Source: Lytechinus pictus (taxonomy: Eukaryota). From it: a DNA stretch of 64,000 bases. Made by a program: the position numbers and the translations under genes. Shown here piece by piece: positions 25,301 to 40,300 of this stretch. The notes under the pieces are model-generated. The model did no database searches, was not told the origin of the DNA, and saw nothing but the letters and a program-made list of their open reading frames with translations. The stretch is taken from assembly GCF_037042905.1 (NCBI RefSeq), contig NC_087250.1:8000001-8064000 (forward strand), in the 5' to 3' direction. Positions within the stretch are counted from its first letter, which is position 1; each line of letters begins with the position of its first letter.

Positions 25301-28300
25301 CGACACCCCCCAACAAATAAATTAAGAACATTAACTTACTTTGAAGGGATATGCAGGACTGAAAATTGTGTACTTTGAATAAAAAGAGTAAAACAGAGGG
25401 TCAAAACACTGAAAATTGACATTTCAAAGTTTTGCATTATTTTGGTGAAACGGGTCTATGCATATCCTCCTGAATATGCAATGAGCAAGCTGATGATGTC
25501 ATCTCCCTACTTTATTATTCTTTTGTATTCTGTTAATTCAAAGTCTGTCCTCCAAGAATGTAGAAAAAAAGATGGACTATTGATTAATTGAGTAAGATAA
25601 TACTTGCTGAAGTTTATTTTGTTACATGAGTGACATATTTTACACACACACATATAAAAATATGAAATATCTATGACTTTATTTGATAAACTAAAAGAAA
25701 AAGGGCAGTCGGGAAGACACATCACCAAGGCATGGTGGAGCAGTGTAAATATCAACCGGTTTTCATTTTGTGGTGAACTCAAATTCGCTCTAAAGTGAAC
25801 AAGAGTTTACCTTAAACTGCTAAGAAAGTGTCAGACCGTTTGCAAATGACCGTGAATCTGAGTGAAATTAATATTTTGGAAAAGAACAGTTTCTACGACT
25901 GTCCATGACGTTCTTTTATTGTTTGAGTAAAATACAGGGAAAATGTCACAGAAATTTCAAGTAAAACAGTGAAATCAAGTAAACAAGAAACTCATCTATT
26001 TTTCACATTTTTCATTCATGAACATGAAAGAAATTGGAATATCATAAAACAACCATCAAACAAACTTTGTACGAAACATCATTTCTGAGAAGCCAGGCAT
26101 ACAGGCATGTCTGGAAATAATCCAACTCATTGCGATTTTCAACCCTAACAAGAGTGTCGTTAAGGCGAGCACATAATACGACCGCCTGTAACGTGGAAAA
26201 TGGAGTTATTGGTCAAGCAAGAAAAGTGGAAGGTGGTGACTTCACCTTTGACCTCAAAATCAACAGAATTGCTACGATCCATGCTAGTATCATACACACC
26301 ACATTATATGAGCCTACATGTAGGTTAAGTTCAACTAAGTTATCGCGTCAACAAGGACTTCAGAAGGGTAAGATGAAAACATGTCACTGTGATCTTGACC
26401 TTCTGACCTCATAATCAATAGGCTTCATGGGATCTATGCTAGTATCATACACATCAATTATATGAGCCTAGGTTAAGTCAAACCGAAGTTATCGCGTTTA
26501 CAAGAAAAAGTTAACGGACGGACGGACACTGAGCGTGATATCATAATAGTCCCGTCTACGACGGGCGTATAAAAAGTTGTGTGCAAGCCCGGTTTGACCA
26601 CATAATGTAATTACATGTACATCATTCACCAAACTTCTTGCTCTCTCGCTGTACAACTCACCTGGTTAGTTGTATAGGATCAGTTGTTGAACTTGTTCTT
26701 CTTTCTATCAATTCACGCAGCAGCTGAAATACACACACATAAAATTTATCATTATCAGCAGTCCTTTTATTATCTTACATACAAATAGATTTGTTTTCAC
26801 GTTTGTTTTTTTTTCAATTAAATTTTTTGGCAACACTTTCATCAAATCCTAAGCAGAATGGAATCAATCTGAGTAATTTAGTAAATGAATTATAGTTGTT
26901 GCCAATTTGGTAATTTAAAACAGATTGTTTTTCTTCAGATGCTGGTCAACAGTTTCTGGCATAAATTGTAATTGTTGCCAATTTGGTAATTTAAAGCAGA
27001 ACATTATTCTTCAGATGTTGATCAACTTTTTCTGGAATATATTATAATTTTTGCCAATCTGGTAAATTAAGCAGATCATTTTTCTTCAGATGCTGGTCAA
27101 CTGTTTCTGGCATAAATTATAATTGTTGCCAATTTGGTAATTTAAAGCAGAACAATTTTCTTCAGATGTTGATCAACTGTTTCTGGCAAAAATTCTAATT
27201 ATTGCCAATTTGGTACACCTAATTTAAAGCAGATCATTTTTCTTCAGATGCTGGTCGACTGTTTCTGGCATTAATTATAATTGTTGCCAATTTGGTAATT
27301 TAAAGCAGAGAAAGAAGAAGAAAAGAGAGAAAGAAGAAAAAAAAAAGACATAGAAAAGAAAAAGAAAAAAGAAAGGAAAAAGAAATAAATATTTGAATTT
27401 TACTTTATTCAATTACTTTTTTCAAAGAAAACAAACGTTAATAATATAATATTTATGATGGCGAAAATAGTCAAATTGACTGGTTGCCAAATAAAAATAA
27501 GAACCCCCGATTATTTTTCTTCAGATGTTGGTCAACAGTTTCTGGTATAAATTAAAATTGTTGCCAATTTGAGGCACGAATGACGATAAATTCAAGCCTA
27601 TCATACCTGATGGTAGAAGTCATCATCATCAAAGATCTCTGGATCATGGTTCTTGAGATGTTGGTTGGCTAGTTCTGGTATGTCTTCATCCTGGAGAGAA
27701 AGGCAATCACAAAAGTTGTTCGCGATAACAGACAATATCTTTTTCCATAGCAAATTGATAACAAAAAAACCCCACAAACAATAATAGGGTTCCCACAGAA
27801 ATTTGAAAACAGGATTCCATGACTTTTCCATGACTGAATTGCTGCTTTCCATGACTTCCCATGACATCCCGGAGTTATGTGGAATTTGGGATGTCACAAA
27901 ACTGGGAAAAATGGAAATCATGAACACTTATTATAATAGCAGAGTATGACCACAGAGTATGAGAGTTGCGAGACGCGACAAACTGGAAAGCTGCCATAGC
28001 CAAGAGGTAAATGCAATTCCATGACTTTTCTATGACTTTTCACAAATTTTCCAAATTCCCTGACTTTCCATGACCACACATTTTTCTAGGATTTTCCAGG
28101 ATTTTCCATGACTGTAGGAACCCTGAATAATAATGATGATGATAAAAGCAATAATGATAATAATGATACTCAGTGTTTATATAGTGCAAATAAGAATGGA
28201 GTTTCTTAGCACTCTGAAATAGGATAAATGGGCCTTGTGTGGCAATAAAGAAGGCATGCGCCAGGCCTATCCTCCCCCTCCATTGGTAAACAAAGTATAC

Positions 28301-31300
28301 GCATTTCAGAAATGAGAATGAAAATAGTCCCCTGATTTAAATTACGGTACCGTTATCACTTATGAAGTAATGCCATGCTTTTAGTACATGCTATCTCACA
28401 CGCTTAAAGAATCAATGTTTTTTGCAAAAGTTTTTTGATCATAACCGTTTTGATAACATTTTTTTTCTTAAAGGGGAAGTTCACCCTGACAAAAACTGTG
28501 TCGTACAAATAGCAGAAAAAAATAATAAGAAATATTGGTGAAGGTTTGAAGAAAATCCATTAAAAATTAAGGGACTTATTATTATTTCAAGTTTTTGATT
28601 TGTGATGTCATAAACGAGCAGCTGCCCCATATGTTATGGAATATGAAATGCAGAAATATAATTTTTTAATGGTTCGTGGTGCCTTTTTTTTCATTTTCTT
28701 TTTGAGGTGTGTGTGAAATCATTTGTGTACCGATATACTGAAGGTACAATAAAAACCACTTTCAATTTTCTGAGAAAATGACATTTGATTGATTTGTTTT
28801 ACCAAATGATATGTAGAAAAGCTGCTCGCATATGACTTCACAAATCAAATTATAATTCTAATAACTTATATATCTTTAATGTACTTTCTTCAAACCTTCA
28901 CCAATATTTCTTATTCTTTCTGTTTTTTTAACATTAAACTTTTTTGTCAGGGTGAACATCTCCTTTAAAGAGGAAACTACTTATTCTTTTTTGTGTTGAT
29001 TTCTTTAGCATCTCTTCTCCTTTCCTCAGATAATCTCCCATTCTCTCTCTCCTTTTCTCCACTGCTCTCTTACTTTCATCCATTCTCTTTACCTCCCATC
29101 TTATGCTTACTTTTTTCTCTCCATCTTCGCTTTCCTCTTCTCTCTTTGAAACCTGTGACCTTTGACCTAAGACTGTGTACTCTGACCTCTTAAGCTGCGT
29201 CCTCTGCACCAATCGGTTCTGATCCTGTAAAATCTGCTGGATTTGGACCAGTGCTGACCTCTCAAAGCCGCTGAAAGACTGAATATTCAGAAATTCGGGA
29301 GAAAATAAACATACAAAATTCAGAATAAAAATATGAGTTCCAATTTTGAATTTAAAAATCAACCAAATATATTCAAAAATGTAAATGCATTAATCAGTAA
29401 ATCAAGGTCAAAATTATTTCATTTAAGAAGTCAAACTGTCACCTTACACAACCAGAATGAAAATATTTACAATTTTGTTTTAATTCAGGAATCACATTTT
29501 CCTTCAGTTATAGGTTGCGATTTCTCGTGAAGGTGGTCGGTGGTCTAGTGGTTCAGTCACTTGACTCTTAATCTAAGGGTTGAGGGTTCATATCCTACCC
29601 ACAGCTTATCTCCTTTGGCAAGGCACATATACATATATGTTACTCTCCACTCAAGCATGCTACACGGTGGGATGTGAACTGCAATGTGATTGTAGAGCAG
29701 AGTTGCCTAAGTTGCTGCTTAGGGAATGGAGATAGCACACTTTCTGTGTGGATAAGTGATGGATGCAAGTACATGTAATGACAATTAACTGTAAAATGCT
29801 ACGAAACACAAGCATTACGCATTATGTTCCATTATCATTGTTAGTATCATGATAATAATGACTGACCTTTTTATTTAATTTTCCGGTTGACAACCTCGTC
29901 TTTTCGTACCACTTTTGGATTGTATTGTTCCTATATGATTCAAAGTTCTTGTGATGTTTGGCAAGGTGCTCCTCAAAGTCCGAGGGATCCAGTTTCCGCT
30001 TCAGTGATTTTCTCTCCACGGCAGGCGACACCGTCTTTGGCTCATCGTCGTCGCTGGGTATCTCCTCGTCATCGTCGTCGCCTTTGTTTGCACTGAGTGG
30101 TAGAAAGTATACAACAACGATTGATTAAGAAAGCGAAGGGGGAAGAGAAGGGGAGACACTGATGAAATGATTAATAAGATGAGTTTAAAGATAATCAGTT
30201 GTAATAACGCTCTAAAAATGAGTTCGGACAGAATCCAATAAAATTACCGTGTTTGTATATATAAATAAAAAATATGTGCCAAATGGCTCTGGAAGAAAAT
30301 GCGTAATTGCTGAGAAAAATAAGTACAGAATTCCATCAAATGTCAAGGTATTTTTCCAAGCAATATTAACACACTGTCCCATATATACTTTTCTGTGTTA
30401 GCGATCATCAGAATTATCAGTTTTGAGCTAAGATTTCATGATTTCACAAAAATAAATTTACATTAATGTACCAGATCTAGATATTTGATAATATGGTAAC
30501 AATTACAGGTAACCTTGATTTAAAAGACTTTCTCAAGAAATAATTGTTTGCTGCAACTAAATTCTTTTACATTTAATACAAACATGTAGATATACAGATT
30601 CGATAGTTTAGATGGGCCGACCATTGTGTGCAAACAATGCCGGCCCTGAAATGAAAGAGCTGCCAATCTTAATCAAAAAAATAAAAAAGGAATCATACCA
30701 GCAAAAAATGAGGAAATTCCATCACAAAAAAGAGGAATTTCTCGACATGACCATTAAAACCAGACCTGCTAACCTATGGGAATAAGAAACTGCATACAGT
30801 AATCCTTTGACCTTTGTTTGCATGCAGTTACCTAAAATTCATTTTATCCAGTTAAATGAAATAAATAATGATGATTTAGTATTAATAATTTATTTTGTTT
30901 GTTTATGTACAGTTTTCTATATGGTAATGATATATTGTACTAATCATCTTTGTGTATACTTAGTGTTAAAGCAATTGGAAGCTAAATTTATTTGCATGCA
31001 TACACTGACCAACAAAAGAATCTTGAATCCTGTTAGTTCTTTTTAAAATAATGCCAAATACAGACAATTTTTCATAAAAGGATATCACTTTTTATTAAAT
31101 GTTGTTGATGTTGGATATTTGAATTTAATGAAGAAACACAGGATGCCATAATTTTGGTTGCAAAAGAGTATTATTTATGGCAAGAAAGTAAGAATTGGCA
31201 GCTGGATATGCTACTGTGCACGTGTGAAAAACTTCATACAGATGTGCAATATGGTTGTCAATTTTACTCACTTCATAGACTGATTACCAGGAGTTTCTCC

Positions 31301-34300
31301 ATGGATGATGTGCTCTGTCTCTGGGTTTTGCTGTAATAATGTATCCTGGAGACTGACAAGAGACTGCATGAGTCTAGTCAATTCTTTCTCACCTGCAAAG
31401 AGGGAAGAAACATTTGTAACATAATAGTCATATGCTGTACTTACACCGTAAGGTATAATTTTCAGATGTCTCCCTATAGTGCTGTTAATATTACATAAAT
31501 ACATGTAATATACATTTGGGTCAGTGAAGCAGGTTTCACGGTACACCATGTATGTTTCTTGGGCAAGTGTTGGTCCTGAAAAGGACCATCCATCAACACT
31601 TGCCCAAGAAAGATACATGGTGTACCGTGAAACCTACTACACTATTCTTCTTCGCCATAGAAACCTTCAGAAGTTACATCACATTTGGGTAAATTTCCTT
31701 CTTCTCCTTTTTATTTTCGTGTCATCTCCAAAAGGTAATGCAGCCTATCAACAGAGGAAAGTTAACTTCTTCTCATTCTCCTATATTTTTACTTCTTATT
31801 TTCATTCTTCTCCGCCTCCTCCTACCACATCTACTACTCCTACTACTATTATTTCATATACCACATTTTAAATACTCTTACTTTTTCTGATAATGCAAAG
31901 AATAGACAGTACATACATGTATAGGATAAGAATAGTGTATGAACGTTTACAATTCCTTCTGAGAATACTGATTGAAGAGTTCAATACTTTTCTTGAGAAT
32001 AATCGGTAGATCTCCATCCTCCTCCCCGTCTTCTAAGAACCTGTCTAAGGTCTGACAATGAGGGAGCTGGTTAGAAAGGTGTAGAGCCTTTTGCTGTTTT
32101 ACAGGGGCCGTTTCAAAAACCATGTACAAAAACGTAAAAATGACGATATGATTGTGATTTTTTGCATGGTCAGCCCCCCCCCCCACTTTGAAAACCGTTC
32201 CGCAGCCCCCGTTTTATACGACCTTCTGTGAAGCTATCCCATAATGCTTCTTCTTCTTCGCCTTCTTCCCCTATTCCCCCATCTTATCCCTCTTCTTCTA
32301 CGCCTTCTCCTTCTATTTCTTACCCTCCTTTCTCTAATATAATACTACAAAGAAAATTTTAAAATTGAATGTAAGGCTTTTTACTTTAAGGTGAGAATAT
32401 TGAACAAAGGTATATACTTTTCTTGAGAATAATCGGCAGATCTCCGTCCTCCTCCCCGTCTTCTAAGAACCTGTCTAACGTCTGACATTGAGGGAGCTGG
32501 TTAGAAAGGTGAAGAGCCTTCTGAAGTTTTATACGACTTTCCATGAAGCCATCCCATAATCCTGTGGAAAGAAATGATGTTGGGAGAATTTCATGAGAAA
32601 GTAAATGATTTGCATTATTTGTTGTACACGTATGCTACTGAAATGATTGACTTAGGGTGTGTTTATGCTTCCATTGCGAGGACAGAATCAGCTTTTTCAA
32701 ACGTCGATTCAAAACGCCGATCGTAAACGTGGTTCTTGGAGTGCTGTTTATGCTTCACTTTTCAGAGGCGAAATCACTAACTCCAGCTGGCTTCGCATCG
32801 TAATTTTCGTTGAGCAGGAAAGCGAGGTCAAATTGGGCGCGCCCTTTTTCGAAAGAGTTGTTATGGGGAAGGTACGTTGACTGTTTTTTAAACATCGAAC
32901 AATTTCCGATATTTTAGTCATTGCATTAAGCTACTTGACCCAGCCATATATTTTCCACCATGGTGAGGATAATAGTGAGAAAAAATAAAGAATTAAATTA
33001 AAGTATACATAATAAAATAATATAACATCTATTTGTTTATGGGCATCTGGCGATGTCTCCTCATTATAACTCATATTCCAGGTTTTTTTTTTGTAAATCC
33101 CTCAACATTCATCGTGATGACAAATTGGAAGAGTAATACTAGTGATAGTACTTATATCAATTATCACACATGCAAATGTAACAAGGGAGATGAGTGGCAA
33201 TTCCGTGGAGGTAACATGCGACCATGGAGCAATGCGACTGTATTTGCCCGCGGATTTTCATCTCACCGGAAGCATGCACCAAATGACGTCATTTAAACAT
33301 GTTTACGATCGTGGTTCTGTTTATACTTCCCCAGAAAGCCTGATTCTGGTCAAACGACGTTTACAAACGCACCTTTTTGTGAGTTTACGATCAGCGTTTA
33401 AATGAAAGTAAGCATGGACGCAACCGTGTTTTGGACTAACCACGTTTGGAAACGCTGATTCTGGCCTGAAAAGTGGATGCATAAACACGGCCTTAGAGAA
33501 ATATTGTCAGCAATTTTCATTTAGTTATAAGCTACTGAAAGCTTTGCACCTGATGGGCTCAAAGCAAAATTATCAATGGGGAGCATTTTCACTGACTATT
33601 TGTTGTAAGCTACTGAAATCCTTGCATCTGATTGGCTCATAGCAAAATTATCTGTGGGAAGAAATAAATAGTGATTTTCAATGAGCAGAGGTTGCAAGGT
33701 ACTGACAGCCCCGGACCTAATTCATATATATTTTTTTCTTCTTCTTTCATTTTCTCTCTTTTTTTTCTCTTCTATTTTTCCTTACTACTTGAAAACGCAT
33801 ACCTGGGTAGGTTGCCCTCAGGTGGGTGTTTTATAAAGCTGTTTGAAAGTTCAGAACGACTTTAAGAACGACTGGTGAATCTTTCTTACGCCTAAATAAC
33901 CCTCAATGAACATTTAATGGTGAATATCATTTACCACAAGAAAGGATCAGCAGCCATTCTTAAAGTCACTATTGACTTTAATACGAACAGCTGCCCCCAT
34001 ACAGCCCTGATCCTCTAGTGGATGCTACTTGGCAAACAAAAATTTAAGAAAATATGAAAGTAATTTTTTACTAACCTAGCAGTGACTGAACTGCCCCGGA
34101 CCTAATTTTTTTTCTTCTTCTTCGTCCCTTTTTTAGTTTTTTTCTTTTCTCTTTTGCCTTACTACTTGAAAACACATATCTGGGTTGGTTGCCCCCAGGT
34201 GGGCATTTCATAAAGCTATTTATAAGTTCAGAATGACTTTAAGAACGACTGGTGAACCTTTCTTCCGCCTAAATAACCCTCAATGAACATTTAATGGTGA

Positions 34301-37300
34301 ATATCATTTACCACAAGAAAGGATCAGCAGCCATTCTTAAAGTCACTATTGACTTACGAACAGCTGCCCCCATACGGCCCTGACCCTCTAGTGGATGCTA
34401 TTTGGCAAACAAAATATTATAAGAAAATATGAAAGTAATTTTTTACTAACCTAGCAGTGACTGAACTGTCCCGGACCTAATTTTTTTTTTTTTTTTTTTC
34501 TTCTTCTTCGTCCTTTTTTTCGCTTTTCTCTTTTGCCTTACTACTTGAAAATGCATATCTGGGTTGGTCCCCCAGGTGAGTTTTTAAGCTGTTCGTAAGT
34601 TCAGAATGACTTTAAGAACGACTGGTGAATCTTTCTTACACCTAAATAACCCTCAATAAACATTTAATGGTGAATATCAGTTACCACATTTACCAGTCGT
34701 TCTTAAAGTCGCTTTTAACTTGCCCCCATATGGCCCTGACCCTTTTAGTGGATATTATTTGGCAAAAAAACAATTAATAAAAAAAATATGAAAGTAATTT
34801 TTTACTGACCTAGCTGTGACTGAACTGCCTTTCCTTTCTCTATCTCCTCTGATGTATTTATTTGGGAGAAGCCTTCGATACCTCCATCCTCCTCTTCCTC
34901 CTCATCTTCATCATCATAATCCTCTTCATCATCATCGTCCTCGTCTTCATCATCATCGTCATTGTCATCCACTTCATCATAATCATCTGAGATCTCCTCA
35001 TCAACATCCATTGAGACATTCTCTCTTTTACCTGAAAAAAAATCATAGTCAAACTCAAATAGATTTCCACAACTTTTCTTATGATTTAAAATAAATCTGC
35101 TTCCATTCCTTAAATTAGCCACAATTTCACATTTTTACCCAATTACATAATTCATTATTGTATTGTGACATACCAATTTAGAGGAAATACTGATTAGCTT
35201 CAGTTATTGAAGCAGTTTTTATTTTGGCTAGAAGTATAGTTTACATCAAGGTGCTTTGATTTCATGAATTCACAACAATTATCAATTTTTACCCAGTCAC
35301 ACAATCATCTTCGTCAATATCATTATCACCATTATCATCATCAGGGGGGGGGGGGGGGGTGTTTCATGAAAGTTGTCAGCTTCGACAGTAACCGTGGTAA
35401 CAGACAGAGACTAGTGCTTCTCAACCAATCAATGACAAGGATTTCAATGAAATAGAGCTGGCAATTTAGTCAGTGCACACAAATTCCATGAAATACCCTC
35501 TAGACATATCATCGTCGTTGTCATCATCATCATCATCATCACCATCATCATCACCATCATCATCATCATCATCATCATCATCACCATCATCATCTTCAGC
35601 AGCAGCAGCAGCGGCAGTATCATCATCCCCATCCTTTATTTCAAATACTAGTTTACTGTACCTTTCAACTTCCTAGTCATCTCTCTGATCTGTTGAGTCA
35701 TGAGTTCGTCTTCTTCATCATTATCAACTTCTTGGTCATTGTCATCTTCCTCAGCGTCATCATCATCATCGTCTTGGTCATCGTCATCTTCCTCAGCATC
35801 TTCAACATCGTCATCCTCCTCATCTCCATCCAGTTCATCATCTTCTTCACTGATGTATTCATTGTCTCCTTGTCCTACAATAAAAGAGGCACCACATGGT
35901 TTATCTGAGCAGGGGTTTTACCAAGATACAGACCCAGTATAACATACAAATTTCTGTAAAAGGGGTGATCATAATCCCCGGTTTAAATGGCGATTCAAAT
36001 CAGTCTGCCCCCAAGTAGACCTGATGAAAACCTTTTCACTTTTCACCCATTTGTGCAGTAATATAGAAATGCACCCAATGAGAAAGTAGCATTTCCCTTA
36101 AAAATATTGAATCTTGAAGCCTGATATGTCTTTGTAAAGCAAGTATAAAAGCAGTCAAAGTTGATCAACTAGGGGGATGTTTCACAGAGAGTTAAGAGTG
36201 ATTCCAACTAAGTCATGCTTCGTGCTGATCAGCACATGATTAAGTAACGCGCAAACTTATTAATACGCAGTGGCACGCATCCTTGTGGCCTAATTTGACC
36301 AACGTGGTGATGCGACACTAATGGGGTGTTGCAAGAAACTTGAGATCAATTGTAAGTCTACTTTCAGTCCCTAAATCAATCATATGTCTTGCAATTAATT
36401 GCAAATGGGAGCTGATCTGCTTCTTGAAACATAGAGTGTAATCAGGGCCCCGTCTTATAAAAAGTTGTGATTGATCCGATCAACCACATCTATGGAAGGC
36501 CAGCAATGTCAACATCTAAAATGCATAATTATTCAAAACATTTTCTGGATATGATGTATATTCACACATTCATCGTTTTCTTGACAATTCAGTGTGCTTA
36601 TCTTGGTTCACAAAGTGCATTGTGAAAATTTCCGGTAGAAAAAATTATGACACTGATGGATTTCCATATAGTTGAGATTGATCGGATCAAACGTAACTCT
36701 TTGTAATATGGGGCCCAGATCTAGTACACCTAAAATTGATCTCTCAGTTGTAAAATTTGCGACAGAATTTGTTTCATTTGATTGCAAATATTTTCTTACA
36801 ACACCATCTTAGACATACTTCAATTTTTTGTGAAACCCCACCCAGTTTCCTGACCTGATGACGACCATTGTTTCCTCGAGGTCTTCAGTCCCGTGTATCT
36901 CCCATCTTCCTCAATCGATTGATGAGCAGTCTTTCTTCTTAAAACTGAAGGAGCCTTTTTAATAGTATCTTCTTCATCTCCCTCATCAAACTCTGCTACT
37001 TTGGCTGTAGTGTCTAGAAATAATAAAACAAATTCAGATATTATTAACGTTTCTATAGTATTATCATCGTTTTAACTTTCAATTCATTGATTATCACTTA
37101 CAATCTTTCTATTTTTATTTTACTTTTCATTTATTGATCTCTGCAACTTTATCAAGAACAAATTAACAAAGAAAATACAACAAACAGAGTATGTAACAAA
37201 ATATTTCATTTTTATTCAAGAGTGTCTCAAATTACAAGCAAGACAGTGAACAAAGTTGTATTATCTACATGTATGTATGTAATTAAAAATGTTGCCACGA

Positions 37301-40300
37301 TAAGCTTAGCTTTACTGCATGACAACTTTATTATCACTTTGATGACCGTAAATTCAGTGATTATAAAGACAATTATCTGTGTAACCATGGTAACATAGAT
37401 CTACCTGTTAAGTAACGTACACACTGTCATGCTGTACGCGTCAAGATTGACAGTCAATCTTATTTCCACAAGCCGGTACATCCAATCACATCACACACAC
37501 ATCAAACTCCAAACACAGAATGACAGATATCGCTTAGCTCACCACAAGAAGGTAGGACCCTAAAATTTACAAAGCTCTATAATTTGTCATGAAAAATACG
37601 TAACAATAATCCTCAAGTCCTAAAACATAATAAAAATTACTTAAAAGTTACTGAAATTCCATATAACTTTTGAAAAAGTAGCAAAGTATATCATTTTTAT
37701 ATGCCAAAAATTACATAGAAGAAATTGACCTTGCAACTGTATGTTCCACGGATGCGCGCAAGCACATTAAAGGTATTGTTTAATTTTGTGAGCAGCCGAT
37801 TTAAAAAATCCTCAAACCAAGATGAATCATGTGTACAAGTGCATGTATTTGAACTAATAAACCCTGAAAACAACCATTATTGAGAATGAAAAGCTAAAAC
37901 TACAAGGCAAACCCCAATTTTGTAAAGAGGCGTCGCGTCTATAGTACACATAAGTGTATGGGATGAAATTAAGATGGTGTTTTCGGTCACTTTATATTTC
38001 AATTTTTGAAGCACTAAATAATTATTTTCGAACGCAATTTTTTCTGGGCTTCGTTTTTGTAACATATCACAGACACAGGTGACAAGTGTGACCTTCTAGC
38101 TCAGATTTTTAAAAAGTCAAACCAATGTTAACCAATCACTTTAAGTGACGTAATATACATATTTCGTGTGTAAACATCGTGCCGCACGTCAGGAAAATCC
38201 ATGAACATCATCATGCAATTGCAAGCCTATATCTAGGACTTCAGTATGCATAGGGCGATTCCCTGCGCAGGTCTATATAAAGCCATGTACATCGAAACTT
38301 CAATTCAAGTTTCGATGACGATCCATATTTATGGACCCATTCAAACCCTAAATTCATAAAATGAGAAAAAAAAGTGGTGAAACGTAAAATGAGCTTATCA
38401 GATTCTCTGAATCATCGATAGATTTGAGCTTATTTTGAGCGGGTTACGTTGGATTTCGAAGCTAAATTTGGTATCAAAATCTAGCTAAAATCCAGTCGGT
38501 TACGATGCCGCTGTATGCATTGTACAGGGGTACAATCACAGAGGGGGAAATTGAGTATTCCTCCGCCCTGCCATAGACTTAAACGTTAGTCGTTACAATT
38601 TGCCATAATATTGGCACCAAACTGGGCATCAACGCACTGACAGTAGAGGCGCATGGCCAATATGGGAGACTGTCTCCCATGAGAGAGAATTTGGGTATCC
38701 AATTTCAGCGACATTCTCCAGTTTGGGGGACCAATCTCCTTTGTTTACATTTGCTGCAAAAGGATTACCTTGGCGGCAAATAAAAATGTGATAGGCAGAT
38801 TCCTCATGAAAAATTACTCCTTTTCACCGTCTATTTTAAAAATTCACCGTCTACTTTTGTTTCGATAAGGATATTTGTTGTTATCCACACACAAAACAAA
38901 TGGGCTTCTGACCTCAGCGAGACAAAATTTTGGGTGGAAAAAATAACGCTTTGGTTGGTGTTGTTTCTTTTGTTCTTTTACAAAGCAAGTCTCCAATATC
39001 AGAGATGCCAACTTTTGGAAATCAGAATTAGGGAGGATTTGCAACCGACACCAAATTATGTGCGCGTAGCGCACATCTCGAGCGCGGAGCGCTCGACCCT
39101 TGCGGCCGGGGTCGAGGGCCCGCCTTAGGGCCCTGGAAGCTCTGGGTTTCTAGATGCTCTCTGGTGCAATCTGACCCTTATTTTGGAGCATTTCACATGT
39201 TTTTAAAAAAACATTGTTCCCACTTTTTTGACATAAAAATAAAAATATCAAATATGCATTTTTACATGTAAAAAAAATGAGGGGACAATAGAAGAAAAGT
39301 AGCCTACCTTTTCAACTATAATAATGAGGAATTATCCTCTTTATTATTATTAAAGCGCGGGTAACGTCTTCCTCCTCGCTGGTCCCTTGCTTGGTGAAAT
39401 AAGTCAACAGGGTATACTAGTGGAGCTCGAAGATCTCGTCTTCGCAATGTCCGTATGCCGTTTGTTCCCTACGTGCTTCCGAACATCATCACGACCTCCG
39501 TGCTCAACTTTAATGTCCACGCTGCAAATTGTGCAAAATGCATGGTAGATTCCTCTTTCCGACTTCCGAATACACGGGTACTGGAGACTGTATTCAGTCT
39601 TATACTTCTGAGACCATTTCTTGGTCTTTTTTTGTTGATTTTCCGCCATTTCGTGTCAATATCAACCCATCAATACGCCGAAATCACACACCGATATTCC
39701 ATCGCACCACTCGACAAATCCAGCGGCCGCGAGCGCACACGCCTCGCGAAGCTAGCCGGGCCTACCGGCCTGGTGCACAGTGGATTCCCGTTGGGCATAT
39801 CACATGCACCAGCTTTTCGCTGCTCCTTATTTGTCTGCCTTTCACACAGAATTTAGTAGCAGCGAAACGTAATGGAGTTACTACATGCTAAAGTTAGCAG
39901 ACGATACATGTACTTCCAATCCAATTTGATCAATGCAAAAAAAAATCGTAATTTCGGGAGGATAAGGATGGTAATCGTAAGGGCGGGAGTTGGGATGAAT
40001 TTTCGGGAGCCTCCCGATGAAATCGGGAGGGTTGGCATCTCTGCAATATGAGAGATTGTCTCCCATATTGGCCAGTAGAGGCGCATGGCCAATATTGGAG
40101 ACTGTCTCCAATGTGGGAGATTATCTCCAATATCAGAGACTTTTGTAAAGAATTTGGGTATCCAACTTCAGAGACAGTCTCCAGTTTTGGAGATCAATTT
40201 CCTTTGTTTACATTTGCTGGAAAAGGATTACCTTGGCGGCAAATAAAAATTTGATAAGCAGATTCCTCATGAAAAATTACCCCTTTTCACCGTCTACTTT

